Shown here piece by piece: positions 35,095-44,102 of a DNA stretch of 64,000 nucleotides. The stretch's first letter is position 1; the number at the start of each line of letters is the position of its first letter. Origin of the DNA: an uncultured Ruminococcus sp. (lineage in GTDB: Bacteria > Bacillota > Clostridia > Oscillospirales > Acutalibacteraceae); contig CACYTI010000005.1 in assembly GCA_902777275.1 (NCBI GenBank), positions 39,813 through 103,812 of the forward strand, given 5' to 3'. The notes below the pieces were generated by a model. It did no database searches. It was given only the letters and a program-made list of their open reading frames with translations, and was not told the DNA's origin. Position numbers and translations under genes: made by a program.

Positions 35095-35643
35095 ATGCGA
35101 GTAATTACAGGCTCGGCAAGGGGCAGAAGGCTTGAATCGCTTGAGGGCGAGGAGGTCAGACCCACCACCGACAGAATCAAGGAAGCGGTTTTCTCCATAA
35201 TCCAGTTCCGGACCGAGGGAAGAACATTTCTCGATTTGTTCGCGGGCTCGGGACAAATGGGCATCGAGGCGCTCAGCCGCGGCGCTAAGCAGGCGTTTTT
35301 CGTCGATAATTCAAAAAAATCCGTTGAAACGGTCAGGCGCAATCTCAAAAAAACCAACCTTGAGCAAAACGCGTCGGTATTCCAAACCGACTTTCGCGGG
35401 TTCCTGTCGTTCGGCAGTCAAAGGTATGACATAGCTTTCCTCGACCCGCCCTACGGCACGGGTATTTTGCAGGAGGCTTTGGCTCTCGTAAGCTCTCACA
35501 TGAGCGATACGGGCATAATTATCGCGGAAAATCCGCTTGAAGAAGAAATTTTGTCACAATACGGCGATTTTGTACTTGACAGACAGTATCGCTATGGTAA
35601 AATAAAAATAACAACGTTCAGACACAAGGACTTTTTAACATGA
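35095..35643 (+). CDS. rsmD: 16S rRNA (guanine966-N2)-methyltransferase
   Basis: It carries RPTTDRIKEAVFS, DLFAGSGQMGIEALSRGA and DPPY motifs. Confidence 0.9.
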   Translation: MRVITGSARGRRLESLEGEEVRPTTDRIKEAVFSIIQFRTEGRTFLDLFAGSGQMGIEALSRGAKQAFFVDNSKKSVETVRRNLKKTNLEQNASVFQTDFRGFLSFGSQRYDIAFLDPPYGTGILQEALALVSSHMSDTGIIIAENPLEEEILSQYGDFVLDRQYRYGKIKITTFRHKDFLT

Positions 35644-36122
35644 GCCAAACAGTTATCTGTCCGGGCAGCTTCGATCCCGTAACGCTCGGTCATTTGGATA
35701 TTATAACCCGCGCGTCAAGGATGTTCGGCAAGGTAGTGGTGGCGGTGCTTGTAAATTCTTCAAAAACCCCCACCTTTTCAACCGAAGAACGCATAGAGCT
35801 GCTTCGCGAGGCTGCACAGGGGCTTGACAATATTGAAATAGTCAGCTTTGAGGGCTTGCTTGCAGAGTACTGCAAAAAATGCGGCATAGGCACTATCGTC
35901 AAGGGACTGCGCGCGGTGTCGGATTTTGAATACGAGTTCCAAATGGCGATAGCCAACAAAAAGCTTAATCCGGAGTTAGAGACGATTTTTTTGACCGCAG
36001 ACTCGGATTCAACCTTTTTAAGTTCGAGCATGGTGCGCGAGATCGGCTCGATGGGCGGAGATATCAGCAATTTTGTTCCGGCGTGCGTGCACGACAGGAT
36101 CGTGCGCAGGCTGAGGAAATAA
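35640..36122 (+). CDS. coaD: Phosphopantetheine adenylyltransferase
   Basis: It carries CPGSFDPVTLGHLDII. It overlaps rsmD by ATGA. Confidence 0.95.
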   Translation: MSQTVICPGSFDPVTLGHLDIITRASRMFGKVVVAVLVNSSKTPTFSTEERIELLREAAQGLDNIEIVSFEGLLAEYCKKCGIGTIVKGLRAVSDFEYEFQMAIANKKLNPELETIFLTADSDSTFLSSSMVREIGSMGGDISNFVPACVHDRIVRRLRK

Positions 36123-36178
36123 CCTGAAAGGGAAAAATAACTAAACAACTAACCATTAAGTAAACAGGAGTGGATAAT

Positions 36179-36643
36179 ATGAAAGTTGACGATTTGATCC
36201 TGCAGCTTCAGGACTTGGTAAACGATGCTAAAGCAATGCCTTTCTCGGGCGGCAAGGTGCTTGTAAACAGCGAGGATATTTACGACATCATTGACCAGAT
36301 TCAGGACGCTATGCCCGCAGAGGTCAGACAGGCAAAAAACATTGTTGCCGACAGAAAGCAGATCATTGCCGAAGCTAACCGCGAAAGCGAAAATATAATC
36401 CGCGCCGCCGAGGAGCGCAGAAAGGTAATGCTCAATCAAAACGAGCTTGTAAAAGAAGCTCAGGCTAAGGCACGCGAGATCATCGACGAGGCAAAGCAGA
36501 AGTCTCTCGAAATCCGCAGGGCTACAAACGTTTATGTGGATAACGTTATGAAGCGCACAGAGGAAAGCCTTACAAGTCAGCTTACCGATGTCAAAAAGAC
36601 CAGAGCCAACATTGCAAACTCTCTTAAAGCAAAGCAGAGCTGA
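36179..36643 (+). CDS. Coiled-coil protein of unknown function
   Basis: It is highly charged and helical (..AEANRESENIIRAAEERRK..AKAREIIDEAKQK..). The start is ATG 36179, 8 nt after CAGGAG. Confidence 0.5.
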   Translation: MKVDDLILQLQDLVNDAKAMPFSGGKVLVNSEDIYDIIDQIQDAMPAEVRQAKNIVADRKQIIAEANRESENIIRAAEERRKVMLNQNELVKEAQAKAREIIDEAKQKSLEIRRATNVYVDNVMKRTEESLTSQLTDVKKTRANIANSLKAKQS

Positions 36644-36690
36644 TTATTACGGTGCAATTAAAACAGAATCACAACCCCTTCCTTAAAAAT

Positions 36691-36737
36691 CTTCCCCCAA
36701 CGTTACGCGTTCGCGTTAATTGGGGGAAGGTTTTTTT
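36691..36737 (+). terminator. Intrinsic terminator
   Basis: The stem CTTCCCCCA / TGGGGGAAG is followed by GTTTTTTT. Confidence 0.7.
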
Positions 36738-36811
36738 CAATTGACAGTTGACATTTGACACCGGACAATTAAACTGTTAACAATTATGCTCCGGTTTTAT
36801 TAATGGCTGTG
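36738..36811 (-). repeat. R5 mosaic module, inverted relative to 1126-1192
   Basis: It reads CAATTGACAGTTGACATTTGACA ... ATGCTCCGGTTTTATTAATGGCTGTG. Confidence 0.7.
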
Positions 36812-36874
36812 AAAACAACATTTTCAATATTTTTAAAACTCGGTTTTAAAAGGGACAATAGTTTTAATAAGTGA

Positions 36875-36903
36875 TTGAAATACGCTTGCGATTGCGGTAT
36901 AAT
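36875..36903 (+). promoter_or_regulatory. Promoter of the LRR-dockerin gene (TTGAAA-17-TATAAT)
   Basis: The -35 is at 36875-80 and the -10 at 36898-903. Confidence 0.5.
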
Positions 36904-36990
36904 AATTTTATAAATATATAAATTCAATAATTTTGAATAAGAAATGTTAAAAATATTTGTCTAAAGAGCGATAATAAAGGAGGAGTTTTT

Positions 36991-39900
36991 ATGACGAACA
37001 AAGTGATAAAACCGATCGCGGTTCTGCTTGCGGCTGTAATCCTGCTTTCGGTTCTGCCCCTCACGGCTTCTGCGGCGGAAGCCGGGCAGAGCGTCGCGGA
37101 AATGAGCGGCACAACAGGCGGCTGCGCGTGGTTTCTTGACGATAACGGCTTGCTGACGATAAGCCGCAGCGGAAACGGCAAAATGCCCGATTATTACGAA
37201 TACATAATTGAGTATTATGTAGAGGAAGAGGGTCAATACTTTGAACGGTACGTTTACAATATGCCTTGGTATGATTACAGAAATCAGATAAAATCCGTAG
37301 TGATAAACAGCGGCGTCGAAAAAATAGGCGATAACGCGTTCAGGGATTGTATTAACATTGCTTCAATAGATATTCCCGACAGCGTAAACGAGATCGGCGA
37401 GGCGGCATTCATCAGTTGCAGAAGTCTGACCGAAATAGAGATCCCCTACGGCGTTACGATTTTAAAAAACTGCCTGTTCGCGCACTGTTCAAGTCTTGCT
37501 GATGTCACGTTGCCCGAAAGCCTGACCGTCATTTATAACAGCGCGTTCGGAAGCTGCACAGGACTTGTGAGCTTTACAGTTCCCGACAGCGTGACCGAAA
37601 TCGGCACCGCCGCTTTTTCGGGCTGCAAAAACCTTACGGGAATTTATATCCCGAAAAGCGTGACGGCAATAGGGCGCAACGCGTTTGAGGGCTGCATAAA
37701 TCTTACGATCTTCGGCGCGCTCGACTCCTACGCCTACACCTACGCAAAGGCAAATAACATTCGCTTTATTTATGAAAAAAGCGGCACAACAGGCGAGTGC
37801 AGCTGGGCGTTAGACGAAAGCGGCGTGCTTACAATAAGCGGCGAGGGCAGAATGGGCGACTATTCGGCGATTCCGCCCTGGGGAACAAAAATAAACGCCG
37901 TTGTTATTTCAAACGGAGTCACAAATATCGGAAGCTACGCGTTTTATAACTGCAAAAGCCTGACCGGAATTGAAATTCCCGATACAGTAACGGAAATAGG
38001 CAGCGAGGCGTTCCGCAACTGCTCGGGTCTGACGGGCTTTGATATTCCCGCCGGCGTGACGTACATAGGCGAATACGCGTTCTGCAACTGCTCCGGTCTT
38101 ACCGGAATAGATATCCCCGAATGCCTGACCACTTCAGGCGAAAATGTTTTTTACGGCTGCGATAATCTTGCAACCGCCTCCGTTAACTGCGCCGAAGTGT
38201 GCAATAAGCTGTTTTACGGCTGCGGCAGTCTAACCGAAGTCCGCTTAGGCGGCGGTGTGAGAAGCATAGGTTATGAGTCGTTCGGCGGCTGCACGGGACT
38301 GACAAGCCTGACCGTTCCCGACGGCGTGACGGAGATAAGCGGCTATGCGTTCAGGGATTGCACCGGTCTTGAAAGCGTTGTCCTGGGCGACGGCTTGACA
38401 ACTGTGGGGGACGACGCTTTTTCGGGCTGTACCTCTCTTGCGGACGTTTCCTTCGGCACAAGCATAAATACGATAGGCAGCAACGCGTTTTTGGGCTGCA
38501 CAGCGCTTGAAAGCGCGGCGCTTTCCGATGCAGTGAAAACTATCGGTGATTCGGCGTTTTCGGGCTGCTCCAAGCTGAGGAGCGTTTCTTTCGGCAAAGA
38601 CCTGAAAACTATCGGAGCTTCCGCGTTTAAAAACTGTCCCGTTGAGTCGGTTTATATAAAGGATTTAAAAGCTTGGTGTGAAACGAACATTGCGACCGCC
38701 TTTCCCCTAAGCTATTCGCTTTATGTAAACGGCGGGATCTTGCGTGATCTGACTGTCCCGGACGGAGTTACAAATGTAAAAAAATACGCGTTTTCCAACT
38801 GCGGAAGTCTTATCAGCCTGACCGTTCCCCAACGCGCGGCAGGCACGTCGATCGGCGACAGCGCGTTTGAGGGCTGCGTCAATTTGACCGAGGTAAACGG
38901 CAGCGGTATCACAGCCATAGGCAACGGCGCGTTTAAGGGCTGTACCGGCATTGAAACAGCCGATATCGGCAGCGCGGTTTCGATCGGCAACAGCGCGTTC
39001 GAGGGCTGCTCGGGCATGACGGACGTCTCGATAAGCAGCGTGATAAATATCGGCTCAAGGGCATTTTACGGCTGCGCCTCTCTTTCCGAAATCGTTATTC
39101 CCGACAGCGTGACGAACCTGAACTATTATGTGTTTTACGGCTGCTCGGCTTTAGCTTCCGTTAAATTCAGCAGTAATCTGAGGAAAATCCCGAACGGAGC
39201 GTTCACTAACTGCAAAAAGCTGAAAAAAATATCAATTCCCGACAACGTGACAAGCATAGGCATAACGGCGTTTGCGGGCTGCAAGAGCTTGAAATACGTT
39301 TATATTCCGGACAGCGTTTGGGTGATAGACAACTCCGCGTTCAAGGGCTGCAGCAGCATTGAATGGCTGAACATCCCAAACAGCGTGACTGAGATCGGCA
39401 ATGAGGCGTTTATGAACTGCACGGGCTTGAAGCACGTTTATATTCCAAGCAGCGTGACGACTATACGCAATTCGGCGTTCGCGGGCTGTCCGAGCTTGAC
39501 TATCCACGCCCCGAACAGCGCATACGCGCATTACTACGCAAATGAGAACGACATTCTCTTTGCCCGTCTTGAAGGGAACGGCGGCGTTACGGGCGACTGT
39601 GTGTGGACGCTTGACAATAACGGCGTTCTCACGGTCAGCGGCAGCGGAGCGATGGGCGATATCGAATACGATTATTATGACAGCGATGAAAACAAGTATT
39701 ATTACTCTCTCCCGTGGGGCAGGGATGTAACTAAGCTTGTTATCAATGACGGAGTTACCCGGATCGGAACGGCTTCCTTCCACTATTGCAGAAGCCTGAC
39801 GAGCGTGGAGCTGCCCGACAGTCTTGAAGAAATAGGCGATAAGGCGTTTCACGGCTGCTCGGGGCTGACAAGCTTCACGATCCCCGACGGCGTAAAAATG

Positions 39901-40386
39901 ATCGGAAAGGAAAGCTTCCGCTCCTGCACGGGTCTTACAAGCGTCGAAATCGGAAGCGGCGTCACAAAAGTCCTCAACGAAGCGTTTTTCTACTGCAAAA
40001 GCCTGAAAAGCGTAAATATACCAAGCAATGTCACAACAATAAAAAGCAAGGCTTTCGGCTATTTTTCCGATGAAAGAAAGATAGACGGCTTTACGGTTTA
40101 CGGCGGAACAGACTCCGCCGCCGAGAAATACGCAAAGGATAACGGCTTTAAGTTCATGTTTTCGGGCGCGGAAACGGGCGACGTGAACCTCGACGGAACA
40201 GTGGATATCCGCGACGTGACCATGATAAAAAGGAACCTTGCCGAGTTTGAGCAGCTGACCGGCGAACAGCTCAGGCTCGCGGACGTTGACGGCGACGGAG
40301 AAGTTACCGTAGCCGACGCGACGCTTCTGCAAATGTTCCTTGCGGAATTTGACGTGACGCCGGTGGGCGCTTTCGGCGCCTATTGA
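36991..40386 (+). CDS. Secreted BspA-type leucine-rich-repeat (LRR_5) protein, 1131 aa, with C-terminal type-I dockerin
   Basis: It has a signal peptide, three cap modules SGTTG.C.W.LD..G.LT(I/V)SG and dozens of ~23-aa repeats (..IP.SVT.IG..AF.GC..L..). The dockerin loops are DVNLDGTVDIRD and DVDGDGEVTVAD. Confidence 0.85.
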   Translation: MTNKVIKPIAVLLAAVILLSVLPLTASAAEAGQSVAEMSGTTGGCAWFLDDNGLLTISRSGNGKMPDYYEYIIEYYVEEEGQYFERYVYNMPWYDYRNQIKSVVINSGVEKIGDNAFRDCINIASIDIPDSVNEIGEAAFISCRSLTEIEIPYGVTILKNCLFAHCSSLADVTLPESLTVIYNSAFGSCTGLVSFTVPDSVTEIGTAAFSGCKNLTGIYIPKSVTAIGRNAFEGCINLTIFGALDSYAYTYAKANNIRFIYEKSGTTGECSWALDESGVLTISGEGRMGDYSAIPPWGTKINAVVISNGVTNIGSYAFYNCKSLTGIEIPDTVTEIGSEAFRNCSGLTGFDIPAGVTYIGEYAFCNCSGLTGIDIPECLTTSGENVFYGCDNLATASVNCAEVCNKLFYGCGSLTEVRLGGGVRSIGYESFGGCTGLTSLTVPDGVTEISGYAFRDCTGLESVVLGDGLTTVGDDAFSGCTSLADVSFGTSINTIGSNAFLGCTALESAALSDAVKTIGDSAFSGCSKLRSVSFGKDLKTIGASAFKNCPVESVYIKDLKAWCETNIATAFPLSYSLYVNGGILRDLTVPDGVTNVKKYAFSNCGSLISLTVPQRAAGTSIGDSAFEGCVNLTEVNGSGITAIGNGAFKGCTGIETADIGSAVSIGNSAFEGCSGMTDVSISSVINIGSRAFYGCASLSEIVIPDSVTNLNYYVFYGCSALASVKFSSNLRKIPNGAFTNCKKLKKISIPDNVTSIGITAFAGCKSLKYVYIPDSVWVIDNSAFKGCSSIEWLNIPNSVTEIGNEAFMNCTGLKHVYIPSSVTTIRNSAFAGCPSLTIHAPNSAYAHYYANENDILFARLEGNGGVTGDCVWTLDNNGVLTVSGSGAMGDIEYDYYDSDENKYYYSLPWGRDVTKLVINDGVTRIGTASFHYCRSLTSVELPDSLEEIGDKAFHGCSGLTSFTIPDGVKMIGKESFRSCTGLTSVEIGSGVTKVLNEAFFYCKSLKSVNIPSNVTTIKSKAFGYFSDERKIDGFTVYGGTDSAAEKYAKDNGFKFMFSGAETGDVNLDGTVDIRDVTMIKRNLAEFEQLTGEQLRLADVDGDGEVTVADATLLQMFLAEFDVTPVGAFGAY

Positions 40387-40535
40387 TAAAACCATATAAA
40401 AACAGCCTTCCTTCAGCGGCTGAGCCGCAAGCAGGGCGCCTATTGATAAAATCATATTAAAACAGCCTTCCTTCAGCGGCTGAGCCGCAAGCAGAGCGCC
40501 TATTGATAAAACCATATAAAAACAGCCTTCCTTCA
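40376..40535 (+). repeat. 60-bp tandem repeat x2.7, each unit carrying a left terminator arm (AAAACAGCCTTCCTTCA) and hairpin GCGGC-TGA-GCCGC
   Basis: The units are 40376-40435, 40436-40495 and 40496-40535, with about 95 percent identity. Unit 1 includes the last codons and TGA of the LRR gene. Confidence 0.9.
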
Positions 40536-40550
40536 ACGGCGCGGTCAAAC

Positions 40551-40800
40551 GCGGGAATTGAAGGAAGGCTTTTTATGCTGTTAAGGAGCGCGGACTGGGT
40601 CGAGCGTCACGCTCGCGGCGCGGTCTGACGCGTGAATTGAAGGAAAGCTTTTTATGCTGTTAAGGAGCGCGGATTGATTGTCGGCTCAGCCGACCGCGGA
40701 CTGGGTCGAGCGTCACGCTCGCGGCGCGGTCTGACGCGGGAATTGAAGGAAGGTTTTTATGCTGTTAAGGAGCGCGGACTGCTCGTCGGCTCAGCCGACC
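40551..40800 (+). repeat. 79-106-bp tandem repeat x2.8, each unit carrying a right terminator arm (TTGAAGGAAGGCTTTTT) and module ATGCTGTTAAGGAGCGCGGA
   Basis: The units start at 40551, 40630 and 40736. Unit 2 has a 27-bp insertion. Confidence 0.9.
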
Positions 40801-40820
40801 TCAGCCGACCTCAGCCGACC
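40791..40820 (+). repeat. 10-bp tandem TCAGCCGACC x3
   Basis: The third unit supplies the stop codon and the last three codons of the minus-strand beta-helix gene. Confidence 0.9.
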
Positions 40821-43435
40821 GTGACCTTGCAGGTCGCGCTTACGTGGTTATAGGTTTTTACGGTGAGCGTAACTGTTCCGGGCTTTTTCGCCGTCAGCTC
40901 GCCCGTAGTTTTGTTCACCTTGCAGATATCGGGGTCGCTCGTCTGGAAGGTGAGAGCGTGCGAGGCGGTTCCCTCGGGGAAGATTATTTCGGGCTGAGCG
41001 GTCTCGCCCTCGACAAGGCTGTATTCCTCTTCCGCGAACGACACTTCATTCGGAACGCTTCTAACGCTTACCCTGCAAACCGCCGTGGCTCCGTTGAACG
41101 CCTTTGCTGTAACAACAGCGTCGCCCTCGGAAACCGCGCGTACTACTCCGTTTTCTCCCAACTCAACAGCCGATCCGTTATCGGATTTCCATTCCACAGA
41201 GTTGGAGGCTGAGCCGTCTGGCAGGACAATGCGCAGATTCTCGCTCTCTCCCACACCCATGATCAGCTCGGCGCGGTCAAACCACATATCATATGGCGCG
41301 TCCTTCACGATGACGTTGCAGGCGGCGTGCTTGCCGTTGTAGGTTTTTGCCACTATCGTCGCGGTTCCCAACGATTCGCCCTTTATCAAGCCGTCGCTCT
41401 GACGAACACTGACCGCCGACGGGTGGTTTGAGGTGTAGGTTATCGAATGCGAGACCGTGCCCTCGGGCAGTCTGCTGTCGAGGTCAAAGGTCTCCCCCAC
41501 TCCTATCGTCAGCATTCCCGCGTTCAGCTTTATGCTCGACGGGGAAGGCATTACCTTAAAGTGACATAAAGCGGTTTTTCCGCTCTCCGACTTGACCGTT
41601 ATATCGGCTTCTCCGAACGAATAAGCCGTCACAACGCCCTTTTCATTTACTCCCGCCACAAGCGGCTCAGAGCTTGACCACGTGAATTTTGCCACCGAGT
41701 TGACAGGCTCATATGTCGTGGTGAGAGTGAATTTTTCCTCGGTGCCGAGCGTTACCGACTGCGCGTTAAGCTTCAGCACCGTCATGTCGGACACCGAGAA
41801 GTAGTTGTCGCCGAGCTTGGAGGTCGAGTTTTTCTCCTGACGTATTCCGCCGTCTCCGCAGTTGTAGATAATATTTCCCGATATCGTTCCCCCTGCGCAT
41901 TTCGGGCGGACATTTATGCCGAAGCGCGACGCCTTGGTGATGTAATTGTCGTAGATACCGTCCTTGACCTTTGATTCAGCCTCAAGTATAATTCCGTCGA
42001 GCGAAACCCCCGTAATGCTGTTTGATGTGATTTCCGGGATCGTCGATTTCGCAAGCTCCATGCCGTGATACGGCGCGGAATTGATAACATTGCCCGATAT
42101 CGCGGAAAAGTTGACTGTGAGCGCGGTGAGCGGATTGCAGACCTTTTTGGTATAATCGCTCTTTACACATGTGATATTATTAGATTTGACGGCTATATTC
42201 CGCACGTTTTCGAGATACACCGCGTCGCCGCCCGTGTTTATCTTGTTATTTTTCACGGTGACTCCGGTGATATAATAGTCGCCCTTGGGATATCCTCCGC
42301 TTCCGTCCGCAAGGGTCTTACCCGCTTTTGTAAGAGTTTTTCCCTTTATGCTGACGGCGGCGGGCTCGTAATCGGCGTAAATATCCTTGACATTTCCGCA
42401 GTTTGTGATTTCGTTGTCCGAAATCAATATGTTGGCGTTGAAGGGCTTCTGATATCCGTCGGAAATATCCGTCGAGGTTTTGCCCTCCTTGGCTAAAACG
42501 CTCGCCTTGAAGCCTCCCGAGCAGTCGCCCAAAATTGAATAAAACGCTATTCCCCGGGGAGCGCCGTCTATCCTGTTATTGGTGATCTTGACATTCTTCC
42601 AGTTTTCGCCCTGGATAGCAACGCTTTTTATATCCTTAAAGGTGTTGTGCGAAATGACTATCCCGTCGAACGGATAGTTCAAAATCTGAGTGTGGGTACC
42701 GACCCCACGCGGGCAGTTGGTGAAGTAGCAGCCCTCAATGTGAACGTTGCGCATATTAAGCGCCTCGGAACGGCAGCCGACGATATGACCGTCCTTCGGG
42801 ATATCAAGCTGAATAGCCTCGTAGCCGACCTCATCGGCGTCAAGAACCTGATTTTTGAACGAGCAGTTGCGCACATTAAAGCCGTTCACCGCCGCGGCTT
42901 CCACCATATGGGCGTTTTTTAGGTTGCAGACCTCAGTGCCGGTCATAAGGAAGTTTGAGGCGTGCGTCACCTTTATCATGGTGTTTGAGGTGCCGTTACC
43001 GTCGAGCGTTCCGCCCTCGACAGTTATGTTGGAATTTTCGGAATAGCCCGTCGCGCCCTTATCTGCCGGGGTATCATCGCCCGTGCGGAGCATATTTGAA
43101 AGCGCCTCCTTGTTGCGGACAAGCGTTACATTGTAAAGCGAAAGAGTGGTGTTGCTGTAAATATGCAGCGCCGAGCGCAGGTCGTAGCTGCCCGGCTCAA
43201 CGATTATTTTATATAAATTATCCTTGGTCGCGCTGTAGTGAGCAGCGTTTAGCGCGGACTGAATAGCCTTGAAAGCGCCCTTTGACAGGATCTCGGATTT
43301 TTTAACATTGACCTCGGTTATATGGCTCTGCGGCGTTTCCTCCGCCTTAGCCGACACGACAGACGGCGCGAAGGACGAGCAAAGCATAACAGCCGGTACG
43401 ATTACGGAGAGAGTTTTAAAAAAGCGGTGTTTCAT
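40811..43435 (-). CDS. Secreted right-handed beta-helix (pectate-lyase-fold) protein with four C-terminal Big_2 Ig-like domains
   Basis: It has a signal peptide, parallel beta-helix repeats (..NITVEGGTLDGNG.., ..NVRNCSF..) and four ~80-aa Big_2-like repeats. No dockerin is present. Confidence 0.8.
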   Translation of the reverse strand: MKHRFFKTLSVIVPAVMLCSSFAPSVVSAKAEETPQSHITEVNVKKSEILSKGAFKAIQSALNAAHYSATKDNLYKIIVEPGSYDLRSALHIYSNTTLSLYNVTLVRNKEALSNMLRTGDDTPADKGATGYSENSNITVEGGTLDGNGTSNTMIKVTHASNFLMTGTEVCNLKNAHMVEAAAVNGFNVRNCSFKNQVLDADEVGYEAIQLDIPKDGHIVGCRSEALNMRNVHIEGCYFTNCPRGVGTHTQILNYPFDGIVISHNTFKDIKSVAIQGENWKNVKITNNRIDGAPRGIAFYSILGDCSGGFKASVLAKEGKTSTDISDGYQKPFNANILISDNEITNCGNVKDIYADYEPAAVSIKGKTLTKAGKTLADGSGGYPKGDYYITGVTVKNNKINTGGDAVYLENVRNIAVKSNNITCVKSDYTKKVCNPLTALTVNFSAISGNVINSAPYHGMELAKSTIPEITSNSITGVSLDGIILEAESKVKDGIYDNYITKASRFGINVRPKCAGGTISGNIIYNCGDGGIRQEKNSTSKLGDNYFSVSDMTVLKLNAQSVTLGTEEKFTLTTTYEPVNSVAKFTWSSSEPLVAGVNEKGVVTAYSFGEADITVKSESGKTALCHFKVMPSPSSIKLNAGMLTIGVGETFDLDSRLPEGTVSHSITYTSNHPSAVSVRQSDGLIKGESLGTATIVAKTYNGKHAACNVIVKDAPYDMWFDRAELIMGVGESENLRIVLPDGSASNSVEWKSDNGSAVELGENGVVRAVSEGDAVVTAKAFNGATAVCRVSVRSVPNEVSFAEEEYSLVEGETAQPEIIFPEGTASHALTFQTSDPDICKVNKTTGELTAKKPGTVTLTVKTYNHVSATCKVTVG

Positions 43436-43656
43436 ATCCGACCCCCTTATTTAAAAACAAAAACACAAAACACACGAAAAAAGCGAAAAACAAAATCGCA
43501 ATTTATTCCATTTTAGAATATTTTGGCAAATATGTCAATAGATTCATGTGAAATTTTGGTGAATATTATGTGAAAAGGCAGCTTGAAGCTGCACCCAATC
43601 CGCGCTTCTTGCCGTTGATTTCTGCAAAGGTTTTGTGCCCGCGTATAAAAATAGAT

Positions 43657-43802
43657 GTCATTCTGAGCGGTGCCCGACAGGGCAAACCACGAAGTGGTTA
43701 GTCGAAGAATCCCCCTGGTTAGGAGAACAATGCTTTCCTTTTAGGGAGATCCTTCGACTATTTGCTCCGCAAATTCGGCTGCCGCCGACCGCTCAGGATG
43801 AC
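43657..43802. repeat. 146-bp long imperfect inverted repeat (GTCATTCTGAGCGG ... CCGCTCAGGATGAC, inner AGTCGAAGAATCC / GGATCCTTCGACT)
   Basis: Its nested complementary arms were seen directly. It occurs once in the window. Confidence 0.8.
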
Positions 43803-43839
43803 ATCTTTGGGAAAAATGTATGATATCATCCTTTGGGGC

Positions 43840-43955
43840 TTAGGGACAGCCCTTGCGGCTGTCCTTGGTCGTTGAATCAAACGTTCTGTTTTCTATCAAC
43901 AATCAGACGGTAAATAAACGTCGGTTCCGAGGGAGCCCGCAAGGGGCTCCCCTAC
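43840..43955 (+). repeat. R1 (REPIN-like) copy, variant stems
   Basis: The sequence is TTAGGGACAGCCCTTGCGGCTGTCC - core - GGGAGCCCGCAAGGGGCTCCCCTAC. Confidence 0.9.
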
Positions 43956-43988
43956 GGGAAAAATTTATATAGAGGTTACCTTGGGATT

Positions 43989-44072
43989 GTAGGGACAGCC
44001 CTTGCGGCTGTCCTTGGTCGTTGAACATTACGTTTATATCCGTGGCACGGGCGGACGGGATAATAACGTTGC
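43989..44072 (+). repeat. R1 copy, truncated (first hairpin + partial core)
   Basis: It reads GTAGGGACAGCCCTTGCGGCTGTCC..GTTGAACATTACGTTT..CGGACGGGATAATAACGTT. Confidence 0.75.
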
Positions 44073-44102
44073 TTTACGTCAAAAAACAGATTGTTTTTCC
44101 AT

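Noticed and set aside
40376-40535. The 60-bp tandem repeat as a possible CRISPR array.
   Set aside because: The units are directly abutting with no unique spacers. There are only 2.7 units and no cas genes, and the units contain halves of a terminator hairpin.
39232-40548. Long antisense ORFs in the track. Examples are the 438-aa minus-strand ORF inside the LRR gene, 46343-47152(+) opposite proS, 53957-54772(+) opposite recO, 25092-26018(+) opposite murA, 19519-20262(+), 50918-51709(+) and 61343-62305(+).
   Set aside because: Each lies fully opposite a gene with strong family-level similarity. They have no SD or sensible start, and their translations are Arg/Ala/Gly-rich low-complexity sequence typical of shadow frames in GC-rich coding DNA.
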